Positions 40,591-51,429 of a stretch of DNA of 64,000 bases are shown one piece after another. A program made the translations under genes and the position numbers. Positions within the stretch are counted from its first letter, which is position 1. Each line of letters begins with the position of its first letter. The notes under the pieces are model-generated. The model searched no databases, was not told the DNA's origin, and saw only the letters and a program-made list of their open reading frames with translations. The DNA is from Macrostomum lignano. Lineage: Eukaryota. Location of the stretch: positions 120,699 through 184,698 of the forward strand of contig NIVC01001138.1 of assembly GCA_002269645.1 (NCBI GenBank), read 5' to 3'.

Positions 40591-42405
40591 TCGGGTTGCA
40601 ATAGAATTGTGGTGCGGTTGCTATGGAAACAATTAATATTATTGATATCAACCCTCGTAATTGTCTTCGCCGTTTGGTGGTCCAATTTTAATACAACAGT
40701 TTTATTTTCTATAACTAAGCATGAAATTTAGTTTTCGTCAGTGTACTATTAAAACGGCCCTTTTCGTGGCTGTCAGTTTTTTTGTCTCGCACTCTTGAAT
40801 ACAAAAACAGGAGCGTACATCAAATGCTTACTTGAAGTAGCATCGCTGGTAAAGAAAAATAGTATATACTCTTACAAAAATTGTTTATTTCAGTTTTAAT
40901 TCTTTATCTAAGCTAAGTAGTATAATCACAGTAGTATGAGCTGTTTTTTTTTTAATTTTAGTACACACGGTTACATCTTACCCAAGTGTGATGTGCTGGC
41001 TTTGCTCTCCGCTTTCTCCTGTTATTCTGCTTTTTTGATTTAGTTAGACGCTCGATCTGTTTAAATATGACTCCAGTTTTTTGTTTAAACAAGCTTAAAT
41101 AGTCTTACTCTGCACTCCTATTGTTGATCGTTGTATATTCAGTAAAGTTGAAAGTAAAATTGATAAAAATATCCAAATGAAAAAGCCATAAATCAAAATA
41201 AGACAGGGTAACGAGTGTTTGTTTATGTATGAATAAAAATCGCTTGCTTTGTATTATTTTTATATTTTAGTTTCCACCCAATGAACCACCAGACGTCGAA
41301 CTGACGTCATATTTAGGTCTAAATTGGTCGGTTTGGTCGGGCAGTTCTTTTGGTTAGTTTTATAAGTCTTATGGACGTTCAACCGACGTTAAAGAAAAAA
41401 GCAACTTTTTTGACTAGTGTAAGAAAAATAGAATTGCTTAAATCGAAAGATGGAAAAAATAAAAAGGAAATATATTATGTTTTTGCTTAGTCTGTTGAGA
41501 CGAAAATCATAGCGAATATTTTTATGAATAGTATTTCTTATAACGGACAAATTTCAAACGAAAATTTTACCACATTTCGCTCTTGCAATGTCTGCATGCT
41601 TTGAACTTTGAAGACTGTCCTGAATTATTATACTGAAATATTTTCAGATACTATTTATTCTAAAGAAAATAACCTCTTAATATCATTATTTATCTACTAC
41701 AATAACAATGAAGAGAATGAGCTAACGTTATCAGTTTCAGTATATATATAATTATACTTATCTTAGGCCTATGACTTATGAGTTATTAGAACTTATGATA
41801 TTAATAGCATACTTATAGAAAAAAAAATTGACAAAATTATTTGTGGTTTTGCTAATAAGAGTTTATTTATTAAAATAAGATATATATAGGTTAGCTTTAT
41901 GGCCTTGGGCTTGGCTTTACACTTAAAAAGGTTGTTAGTAGGCCTATGCTAGAAATTTCCAGCTTATCAATTGACAGTTTAACTATTTGGGAACTTTTAA
42001 CTTTTAGGGACTTTTAGGGACTATAATAAAGGTCCCATGATTTGCCAAACAATAAATATGCAGAGAGTAGAGAAGACTAATAGTATTTGCAACTAAGTTT
42101 TGCAATCTAAATTACAGAAAGCATTAAAATATTAATTACTTTAAAAAACTATGATGCTTAAAAATATATGCTTTTGCTTTTGCAGGTTAAAATTGAAAAA
42201 TTGGTTGGCCTACATTTTATTTAGCTTAGGCCTATACTAAAACACTAGGCCAATATAATTTTTTTTCAATTTCAACTAAGCATTTTCTGTCTTAAAACTA
42301 TTTGAATATCTTTCAAAATCTCATTGGAGACATTATATAAACCATTAGACTTCTAGTAATAATTTTGTTTTTAATTTTTTGTTTCAGATGTTTTAATTAG
42401 GCCTA

Positions 42406-44340
42406 ATGGATTTATCTAATGAACGTCAAAGACAAAGATCAATAAAAAGAAAGGCAGATACACTTATTTCTGAGGTGCTTACTGATGAAACCAATAGTCA
42501 AAATGAAGTCAATGATAATGCTAATATCTCTAAGGAAACTTTGGCTAATACTAATACTACTAGCATTATAGAATTAGATTTATCAACTGACTATTATTAT
42601 CCAGAGTCAAGTGAAGAAGATGAAGATGAAGATCCATTATCAAAAAGTATTGGTTTTAATGAGACACTTAAAGAGTGGGCAATCAAATTTAATATAACGC
42701 ATGCCGCTACTTCAGAATTATTGCAATTACTTTCAAGTCATATTCCAAACCTGCCTAAGTCAGCAAGGTCCCTTCTAAGCACACCACGAGTTAATAATAT
42801 TACTATTCTTGGCTCTGGAAAGTTTGTATATTTTGGCCTTGATGAGATCAAAAAAAAGATACCACAAAATAATAGAATGTTTTCAAAGCTACAAGTGCAA
42901 ATCAACATTGATGGACTCCCTATTTTTAAAAGCTCAAAGCAAGAATTTTGGCCTATTCTTGGTGCAGTTGGTTCTAGTGCACCATTTGTTATTGCAGTGT
43001 ACTTTGGACCTGGTAAACCTATGCTTGAAGCATTTTTAACTCAGCTAATTTGTGATTTGAAAGAAATTGAAGACTATGTTAGCTTAATATTCATTTGTGA
43101 TTCACCAGCTAGAGCTTTTATTAAAGGTGTTAAGCATCATAGTGGCTATTCATCATGTGATAAATGCACTGCTTCTGGAACTCATGTAGGTCATGTTGTA
43201 TTTGATGAAATGACTAGTGCACTTCGTACAGACAAATCATTTCGGGACATGGAAGATGAAGCACATCATAATCAAGCATGTCCTTTATTGGAACTTAAAA
43301 TTGATATGATAAATAGTTTTCCATACGACTATATGCACCTAGTATGTCTAGGTGTAATGCGACGTTTGCTTCTTCAGTGGATGCAAGGAGATCTTCCAAA
43401 CAGGCTTCCAAGTAGAGTTGTCACTCAGATTTCAGATTCTCTACTTTCATTTGTGCCGTATTTTCCAACAGAGTTTGCTCGCAAGCCAAGGTCACTCTCT
43501 GAATTAAAGTTTTGGAAGGCTACAGAATATCGAACCTTTTTGCTATATTCTGGTATTGTTGCATTGGCTTCCAATCTTCCAACATCATGGTATCAGCATT
43601 TTTTGCTACTTCATGTGGCTATTTCAATACTTTGCAATCCAGCCGTGTCTCTTCAAAGGGCTGATTATGCTTCTGAGTTACTATATTTGTTTGTCAGCTG
43701 TTGCAAAGAACTTTTTGGTAAAAAAATGCTTGTATACAATGTACATAGTCTTTTGCACTTGGCAAATGATGTAAAGTTGCATGGACCACTGGATGGATTC
43801 TCTGCCTTTAAGTTTGAGAACTATATGCAAACAATTAAGCGTAAGCTAAGAGCTAAACATCTACCACTAGAACAGCTATGCAATCGACTCACGGAAGAAA
43901 AGCAAGTGACTTCAAGTGCCAATAGTAAAGAAACTAGCAATGACAGCATAAAAGCAAAGTTCAAGTATTTGTTTTCACATTCAGCAGGGCCACTTCCACC
44001 TTCATTAACTTCAGAGTATGATCAGTACAGTGCAGTTCAAACAGACAAATTTCGGTTTTCTACTCATCCTAATGACTGCCATATTATTGACCTAAAGAAG
44101 AACTGCTTTCGAATTGTTAATATTGTCAATACAACTAAAGGCCCAGTTTTTATTTGCAAAAAGTACTTGAAAGTTCAGTCATTTTTTGAGTATCCAGTTG
44201 ATTCACAGCATCTGTCAATATTTAGTGTTTCTGATCTGTCTGATGAGCCTCAATATGTTGTCGACATAGGCCAAATTTCTGCTAAGTGTGTTGGATTGCC
44301 TCACATGAGCAGTATTATTTTTATTCCTCTACATTCTTAA
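42406..44340 (+). CDS. EnSpm/CACTA-type transposase, 644 aa, open frame
   Basis: INIDGLPIFKSS...FWPIL, FICDSPARAFIK...HSGYSSCDKC, FPYDYMHLVCLG, FARKPRSLSELKFWKATEYRTFLLY, YNVHSLLHL...GPLDGFSAFKFEN are typical animal EnSpm transposase motifs. Confidence 0.9.
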   Translation: MDLSNERQRQRSIKRKADTLISEVLTDETNSQNEVNDNANISKETLANTNTTSIIELDLSTDYYYPESSEEDEDEDPLSKSIGFNETLKEWAIKFNITHAATSELLQLLSSHIPNLPKSARSLLSTPRVNNITILGSGKFVYFGLDEIKKKIPQNNRMFSKLQVQINIDGLPIFKSSKQEFWPILGAVGSSAPFVIAVYFGPGKPMLEAFLTQLICDLKEIEDYVSLIFICDSPARAFIKGVKHHSGYSSCDKCTASGTHVGHVVFDEMTSALRTDKSFRDMEDEAHHNQACPLLELKIDMINSFPYDYMHLVCLGVMRRLLLQWMQGDLPNRLPSRVVTQISDSLLSFVPYFPTEFARKPRSLSELKFWKATEYRTFLLYSGIVALASNLPTSWYQHFLLLHVAISILCNPAVSLQRADYASELLYLFVSCCKELFGKKMLVYNVHSLLHLANDVKLHGPLDGFSAFKFENYMQTIKRKLRAKHLPLEQLCNRLTEEKQVTSSANSKETSNDSIKAKFKYLFSHSAGPLPPSLTSEYDQYSAVQTDKFRFSTHPNDCHIIDLKKNCFRIVNIVNTTKGPVFICKKYLKVQSFFEYPVDSQHLSIFSVSDLSDEPQYVVDIGQISAKCVGLPHMSSIIFIPLHS

Positions 44341-44354
44341 TGTCATTGCTTCAG

Positions 44355-46423
44355 ATGAACTTCCCAGTTGTCCAATTCTGCAATGATGAGACTGTGGAAT
44401 ATGTAAGTGGAGCATGGATGGTTGGAAGAACGCAATGTTACTGGCCTAAGCGGAGTGGACGCGAAGTTGTACGCCTGCGTACTAGTCATGCAAGGCCAGA
44501 AGATGATTGGGAGCTCCATTCTTGTCGTCTTTTGTCAGTTGCACTAAATGAGAAGACTGCTCGCCACCGCCTACAAAAGGCTGTTAAAGGCTTTGATGAT
44601 TTGACAACTGAAGCCGAAGAAGATACTGAAGCGCCACCTCCTAAGCGCCAATGTGCTCCGAGTTCGAGCCAACTTGTTGATATTACTGTGGATAGTAACC
44701 CTAACCCTACGGAAATCCAACTGCTGACTAGAGCACCATCAAAAGGCAGAGGATCTAGTAGTGGGGCCACTTTCAGCATGCCAGCTCCACCTGCATTACC
44801 TGCGGCGATTGGTCAGTTTTTCTATATTGGCATAACAGTATGTGGGGCTATTGCATTAGAAAAGCTTGTTTTTAACTGTAAATATATAGGACAATCACCT
44901 TATTGATACCATTATAGCAAACCTCTCTTCTGGAAATATTGGAGCCAGTCAGTCCAGCCATGCAGACTTTCCTCTGTCAACAAGCTCTCCTAATTTGGCT
45001 AGAGAAGCTTCAGGTAAAAAAAACTTTTAAAGTCCCATCGCTTTATTTAATTTTTGTAATATTGTTATATAGTCCCATCGCTTTGGTATAATGTATCTTA
45101 GGCTGCTCTGATGGCGAGCCAAGAAGCTTAAAACTATATTTAATCGCCCTGCCTCTTAGCACGTAGGCGGTGGTCAGGGCCATAGACATGGATATACTAA
45201 TAAGAGTCCATCCACATCAAATATTAGCTTTTTCTTCAACACTTTCTGTAACATTTAGGTCAGCAGCGCGAAGACCGGCTGCTCCAAGGCAATCAGCGCG
45301 AAGACCGGCTGCTCCAAGGCAACCAGTTCGAAGACGAAGACCGGCTGCTCCAAGGCAATCAGTTCGAAGACGAAGACCGGCTGCTCCAAGGCAATCAGCG
45401 CGAAGACCGGCTGCTCCAAGGCAATCAGCGCGAAGACCGGCTGCTCCAAGGCAATCAGCGCGAAGACCGGCTGCTCCAAGGCAATCAGCGCGAAGACCGG
45501 CTGCTCCAAGGCAATCAGCGCGAAGACCGGCTGCTCCAAGGCAATCAGCGCGAAGACCGGCTGCTCCAAGGCAATCAGCGCGAAGACCGGCTGCTCCAAG
45601 GCAATCAGCGCGAAGACCGGCTGCTCCAAGGCAATCAGCGCGAAGACCGGCTGCTCCAAGGCAATCGATGCTCCTATCAGCGCCAGCTGGATGAGCGGCA
45701 GCAGCGTAGCTCTTCAGTTAGTGGGCAGCAAGCTGAACTTCAGCCGCCATCATTGTCATGTAAGTAGCCCAGAATATTTTTTCATCAATTAATGTAACCG
45801 CATTTTTTGTATAATATACACTACTTTTTCTAAGAAAATATTTCTCTTAAATAGCCTTTGAAAGGGTTGTGCTACGCGAACTGGCTGCCATAAGACAACA
45901 AGTGGAAGAAAATGGCCGACACATCGCTGCCATTTCTTCACGTCGAGGCGTTAACCTTCGTCTGCCTGTCGATTTACCTTGTACAACAGTTCCTGACGCC
46001 AACACGTTGTGTGATTTTTTGGAAATCGAAGGCAACATGGAAAACTTGGTAAGAACCGTGGTTACTGAGCCATGTAGTCTTTTGTATTAATTTTTATTTG
46101 AAGCGATATCTCGAAGTAATATCGTCACTTTGGAATTATATATTATATTGTCAAACTTTCTATGGCTATTTCAGAAGCGACAACTATCCACTGCTGGTGG
46201 TCGGTGCACCAAGGACGTGGCGAGACGCATCCTAAAGAAATTGATGACCGCCTCTCTCATGGAACTCTACAGCTTCGCCGGACGAAAGGGCAAGCTGGCT
46301 TTTAAAACAACGAAGTTGTGGGAAACTGTTTTGGGAGCTTGCCTTTTAAGTACTAAATGCACTGACGCAGAAGTTGAAAACTGTGTCAAGGATATTTTAA
46401 AGCATGCAAAGGATAGCAAGTAA
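44355..46423 (+). CDS. EnSpm ORF2 accessory protein (spliced; DUF4806/BEN-like C-terminus by resemblance) containing a 10-aa tandem repeat
   Basis: Predicted exons 44355 to ~44838, ~44890-45014, 45259 to ~45759 (reads G-QQR-[EDRLLQGNQR]n), 45856-46049 (SFERVVLRELAAIRQQV...) and ~46174-46423 (KRQLSTAGGRCTKDVARRILKKLM...YSFAGRKGK..F). Phases are consistent; the first donor is uncertain. Confidence 0.7.
45262..45665. repeat. 30-bp coding minisatellite (GCAATCAGCGCGAAGACCGGCTGCTCCAAG)
   Basis: About 13 copies; two carry a 6-bp insertion that keeps the frame. Confidence 0.96.
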
Positions 46424-49400
46424 TTTTTTGTTTCTGTTACTTATGCTACAGGTGGAACAAAAGTTTTTGCATCTTGCCAGGCTCCATGCTTCGACTGCGC
46501 TTTTCTTAGCCTCGTTAAGTGTCAAATTATGGAACAGCTATTTTTTGCAGAGTTATAGCTCAACGACAATACTTTTGTTTCGCCCGAAGTAGGAATTAAG
46601 AATTCCGGTAGCTGCCGCTTTTTTTTTAATTTTCTCTTTAAGATTGTCTTAAGTCTTCTTAAATACACATTAGTATACAGTGAGTACACTAGTAGTACTC
46701 AGTTAGTATACGAAATGATGAAATGAATACGAATTTTATTAAATTTTATAAAACTTTATCTCACTTTAAATCTAATACAATGTATAACTTTTATGTTAAA
46801 ATTTTAATAATTTTATATCATTTTTTGTTTTAACTTTTAAACATTATGCTACTCTTGACAATACTGTATTGTTCTCATTGTTAATGTTTATTTTCTGTTC
46901 AAAGTTTAGTGTATCCTTCAACTATTCTTAAAGTTTAAACCAGTGTAGTAAATGCGTCTTGTTGAAATTTTTCAAATTTAGTTTGGCGAAATTCAATACA
47001 GTTAATTTAAATTCAAAATATCCCATCTTTCTATTATCCCACCCATCTTTCAATAAGTAACTTGTGTGTACGAGTACTTAACTAAACTAAATAAATGTAA
47101 ATTAAAGGCTTCTTCAACATAATTTAAATCAACTGCATTTTATACAATGTTTCAACAAAAATAGCACCAACCCATGACTCTATAATTGTTTTGTTGACTA
47201 AGAAATGCGATGAATTTGAAATCAAATTTAATAATGCAGGCAGTATTGCAGCATTCCTATTTTGAAAATCTATATATTCCAAAAATTTTGAACGTCTAAA
47301 ATAAGTCGACCTAAGGTCGAAAACCGACGTCGGCAGCAGACGTTATTTCGACGTTCGCCCAACCGACAAATCTGACCGTCGATCGACGTTGGTTTCCGAC
47401 GTTGTGCCGACGTTCACTAGACGTAAGTGGTTGTCTGGGCATTCTGTTTTTGTCGGTTTTGGGTTTTTTTCAAACGGCCCTTTTTAGGGTCAATTATGAT
47501 ATTTTAATGCTAGTTTGAAGTGCAAAAATGATTGTTATAAATGAAAAAAGTTGGGTAAATTTTGCTTGGTGGTCAGTGTAATGTTAAAACGGCCCTTCTG
47601 AGGGCTGTTAGTTTGTTTTGCATTCGATGACAGAACAGGAACTTTAGCAACTGCATAAAACCAGACACAATGAATTCGTTCTGTTTTGTCTACTCTGATG
47701 CACTTTAACCTGTAAATAGCTGTCATCATTGTTTCCTATATATTAACTTTTTAAATATATTTGTTGTGCTTGCATCTTTCTATTTCTCTTTTTTAATTGT
47801 CAAACTTTTTTTCTACTCTTAGTAGTCTATCCCGGGTTTTTTTAGCGATTGAGAGTGTCTCTGTTAATTTAATCTAAATGTTTATAGTATATAGGTTGCT
47901 TTCAGTTAATGTTTTATTAGAATCACACCTTATATTGTATTATATTGTTAATTTTAGGCTGTGAAATTTTCGTTGGCAAAAATTTTATTATTGTGTCCTC
48001 AGCTTGTTGTTCGCTTGCTTTGTTTAAAAAATAAAAACTTTATTATTGAGTAGTAGAGTTAGTTTATATTTTCTTTACATTATTATCTTGGTGGTGTGTT
48101 CATTTTGTTTCCTCGGTTGCGGATTCTAAATGCAAATTGCCGATATGAAAAATAAATAATAAAAATGCAAGATTATTTAATATTTTTTTATTTCCCTCGA
48201 TATCCTACTGATCAGTAGTGTGAGTCGGTTTTATTCGCTTTAATCTAAGTGTTCACCAGTAGTAATTTATTGTTTATTTATCTATTAATTTTTAATCGGT
48301 TGTTTACTTGTCCAACCTGAGACCCTTAAGCATTTGTTGTACCAATATATTTAAAGTGAGTGAATATATTGGCTGCCTGTTGTCCCTCTCTATCCTATGC
48401 GTGCTTCTAATTCTAACCCACTACCTTGCTAATTAACATTTTACTATATAAAAGTGTCTTGCGAGCAGTTAACTTGAAGAAAAATAAAAATAAAAAAACA
48501 AAAAAATTTGTCGCGTGCGTTCTGTTTACTACTACCTAATTACAAGAACTAGTAGTGATTCCTGCCTTTTTGCGCTTTTGATTTTTAATTTAAAAAATCC
48601 TGCATCATTCAAATACGAACCAAAATATTCGGCCCATTCCGATGTGTATTCCGATGTGAATTGCAGGACAAGTAGGTCAAAATTTACTAACTGCAAAGCC
48701 AATAATTTGCTTCAATCTTAACTTCAAGCGATATTTATTTTCTTTCAGCTAAGATTTTTAAATTTTTAGAAAGTCTATCCACTTCACATTTTTGCGATTC
48801 TGCAAACTTTATTTTCGACTTCCTCCGTTCTCAGCGAACCAGGCTTTGATCCTCGGTAGGCTCTCTATCCTCCACTTGGCGTTGATGAGCACTTTCTCAA
48901 GAGACTGAGCCAGCGCGCGACCGACCTTCTTCAGATTTTCCTTGTTTTGCCTTTTGAAATCCAAGATCTCCGTGTAGTGCTCCAAATCGCTGAAAATGCC
49001 CAGGTAGCTTATGACATCAGACTGCATCAGTGGACTTGGAATTTTACTGTTTACATTCGTCCAATTCTTCTGCAAGTGGTTCCAGAAAATCTGCAAGCCA
49101 TTAGGATTCTTGGCCATGCTTTCAAGCGCAAAGGCCATTTCCTGCATTCGAAAATGGCTGTCATTAGCTGCATGTTGGAGGTAACGCTCAAGAATCGATG
49201 GCTTGCTAGAGCAGGCAAGACCTCGGATGATGTCGATCTTAGTGCCTAGGTGAGAAACGGTCTTGCTGAACATTAAAAGTGAGTGCCACTCCTCCTGAGA
49301 ACTCCCTTCAGCCCCCTCGCAGAGAACAGCTTGTCTAAAATCAGGATTAATCAGCGACCGAAACCCGGAATTCACGTATTCTCTGAACTTCGGCATTTTT

Positions 49401-49701
49401 GCAGCTCGCCAATCCGTATTTGCACGCCGACGAAGTGATAAGCTCTCGTTTCAGCTTAGTCAGGTGGGTGTCCGTGTCTTTGTTTTCAAGCCCGACATCG
49501 TTGAAGGCTCCCTCGAGTAGATCTCGCATGTACGCATTCAGTGGTCCGTACTCAGAAGGCCGTGACTGCAGCATCGGGCGAGGTAGCCAATCTTCGATAG
49601 AGCGGCCGACCACGGTGCAAAGTGCGTCTCCCTCTTCAGGTACTTGGTCATGTTGAGCGGAATGCTGTAGTCCAGATAGCCGGCACTGGCCAGAGCGAAA
49701 C

Positions 49702-50039
49702 TGCAATGACTCGAGAACGAAGTCTTGATTCGCTATGCACTGGAAATTGGCTCCCGAGTGGCAGACAGGAATAAGAGATGTAAACCAGACCGTATCGTCT
49801 AGCTTTGCCATATACGAGTATTCGTGGGCTCCTGGGCCCCAACATAGCCAGGCGCGCTGTGGCACGATGCATGGAACACGCGTACGAATGGTGCATACGT
49901 AGCATGGGGGAAGTGTTCAGAAGGGGTGACTCCGGTGAGTCAGTGAGGGGAACAAACAGAGTGCAAACAAACATAGTCAGTGGTAGCGGCAGACCATATG
50001 GCCAGGACTGCGGAGCGATCCCCAGCCCAGGCCATCACA
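49702..50039. mobile_element. Solo LTR (338 bp) inserted in the aminopeptidase coding sequence
   Basis: TG...CA termini (TGCAATGAC...CATCACA); 5-bp TSD GAAAC at 49697-49701 and 50040-50044. Removing it restores LLDDSFALASAGYLDYSIPL. Confidence 0.8.
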
Positions 50040-50860
50040 GAAACTGTCATCGAGCAGACGAGCCCTGTCCTGTGGACTGAACACCGTGTGATTCGAGACC
50101 AGCTGATCGATGAGCCGCTTCCAGTTGTCCAAGTCGTAGTTCACTCTGTAGAAGCCGGACGAGCGAAGGTTGAGCAGATACCAATCGGCCGAGCTGTCGA
50201 GTTCGAAGGACTGCTCCTTCTCGGTCATCCAGTTCACGAAGCCCGACACGTCCCATGGTGACAGGGATGATCCACGTGTAGTTGTAGTCGCTCAGGTAGC
50301 TCGGAACTTGACTGGCATTCCAGAGAAAGTGGTTCTGCGTCAGTGTGAGACGTCCAGTTGCAGTGACGGAACAGTTGAGCACGGGGTAGCCCATCTGCTT
50401 GATCCAGCGATCCATCACTAAGCCGACGTCGAGAGACTTGTTTGTGGACTCGGAGTACTGCCGGGTCAGACTGTCATAGAGAGCGGTGTGGAATGTGTTT
50501 CCGTAGCTGTTCTGACGCAGGTAGTTTCCGACACCTTTGCGGAAGACCTCGTCACCAACGAACCCGTGAAGCATGCGGAGAATCATTCCACCTTTAAAGT
50601 AAGTGATTGAGTCGAAGTTTTGGTAGATATTTATCAGTTGCTTGACTTCGAAGAAAATCGGATGACTGTTAGCCAGCGAATCTGTTTCCAGCGTCTTCAG
50701 CTTATAAGTCGCAACAAACTGAGCATCAAAATCCCAATCCGGTCGAATGTTGTTCACGCCAATGGTTAGCGCGAAACTAGCGAATCCTTCGTTCAGCCAC
50801 AGGTCGTCCCACCATTTAGGAGTGACTAAGTTTCCAAACCACATGTGAGCGACCTCGTGA

Positions 50861-51429
50861 CAAGGACCACTAGAAGTTACCGTTGTATCAGGACGCAACA
50901 CTCGTAAATATTGCAAAATTATTTGAAGGCCCGCTTGTTTACGTGTATCTATCGGTACTTGCCTTCAAAAAAGTATTCTACTTTACTGTTTTAAAGAAGC
51001 ATGCACTACATTTGAGCCTCAGAAACTCAACATTTGCAGCCTACTCAACTCTGTACAGATTATCTGCTTTATAAAGCTTCCAAACTGGAGGATATAAAGT
51101 ATGGTCTGCTACTTTATCGAGACTAGGAGGCAATGATTGAAGTAACTGAAACTTTATTCATTTTGTATGCAATGAAATATTGTGTATTGCCGTTACTTTA
51201 CTGTACGCCCGCCGCTCCTACATGTAGATATAGCGCCAAACTTTGCATCATGTTAAAGAAAACAAAATTTTGAGCAACCTGGCGAAAAAAATATCTTTTT
51301 AAGTGCAACCAGTCCGGAGTTATGAGCATTTAAAGTTCAGCTGCAATGCAAACAAGCGGGCCTTCAAATAATTTTGCAATATTTACGAGTGTTGCGTCCT
51401 GATACAACGGTAACTTCTAGTGGTCCTTG
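50861..51429. mobile_element. MITE (569 bp) of P/hAT type with perfect 80-bp TIRs
   Basis: TIR CAAGGACCACTAGAAGTTACC...GGCCCGCTTGTTT at 50861-50940 and reverse complement at 51350-51429; 8-bp TSD CCTCGTGA at 50853-50860 and 51430-51437. Confidence 0.93.

Larger units (their letters stand above)
41277..47439 (+). mobile_element. EnSpm/CACTA (CMC superfamily) DNA transposon, apparently full length, ~6.2 kb
   Basis: Ends CCCAATGAACCACCAGACGTC (41277) and reverse-complement CCCAGACAACCACTTACGTC (47439). 2-bp TSD CA at 41275-41276 and 47440-47441. Clusters of subterminal GACGT/ACGTC motifs. Two genes inside. Confidence 0.88.

Noticed and set aside
45170-45694. RRPAAPRQSA and LIALEQPVFA repeat proteins
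   Set aside because: Splice phases of the flanking ORF2 exons select the third frame (EDRLLQGNQR).
40749-47615. Direct repeats TTAAAACGGCCCTT...GGCTGT.AGTTT on both sides of the EnSpm element as its termini or LTRs
   Set aside because: They lie outside the CCC...GGG ends and CA TSD and are short and diverged; more likely internal motifs of an older element that the EnSpm split. Its ends could not be defined.
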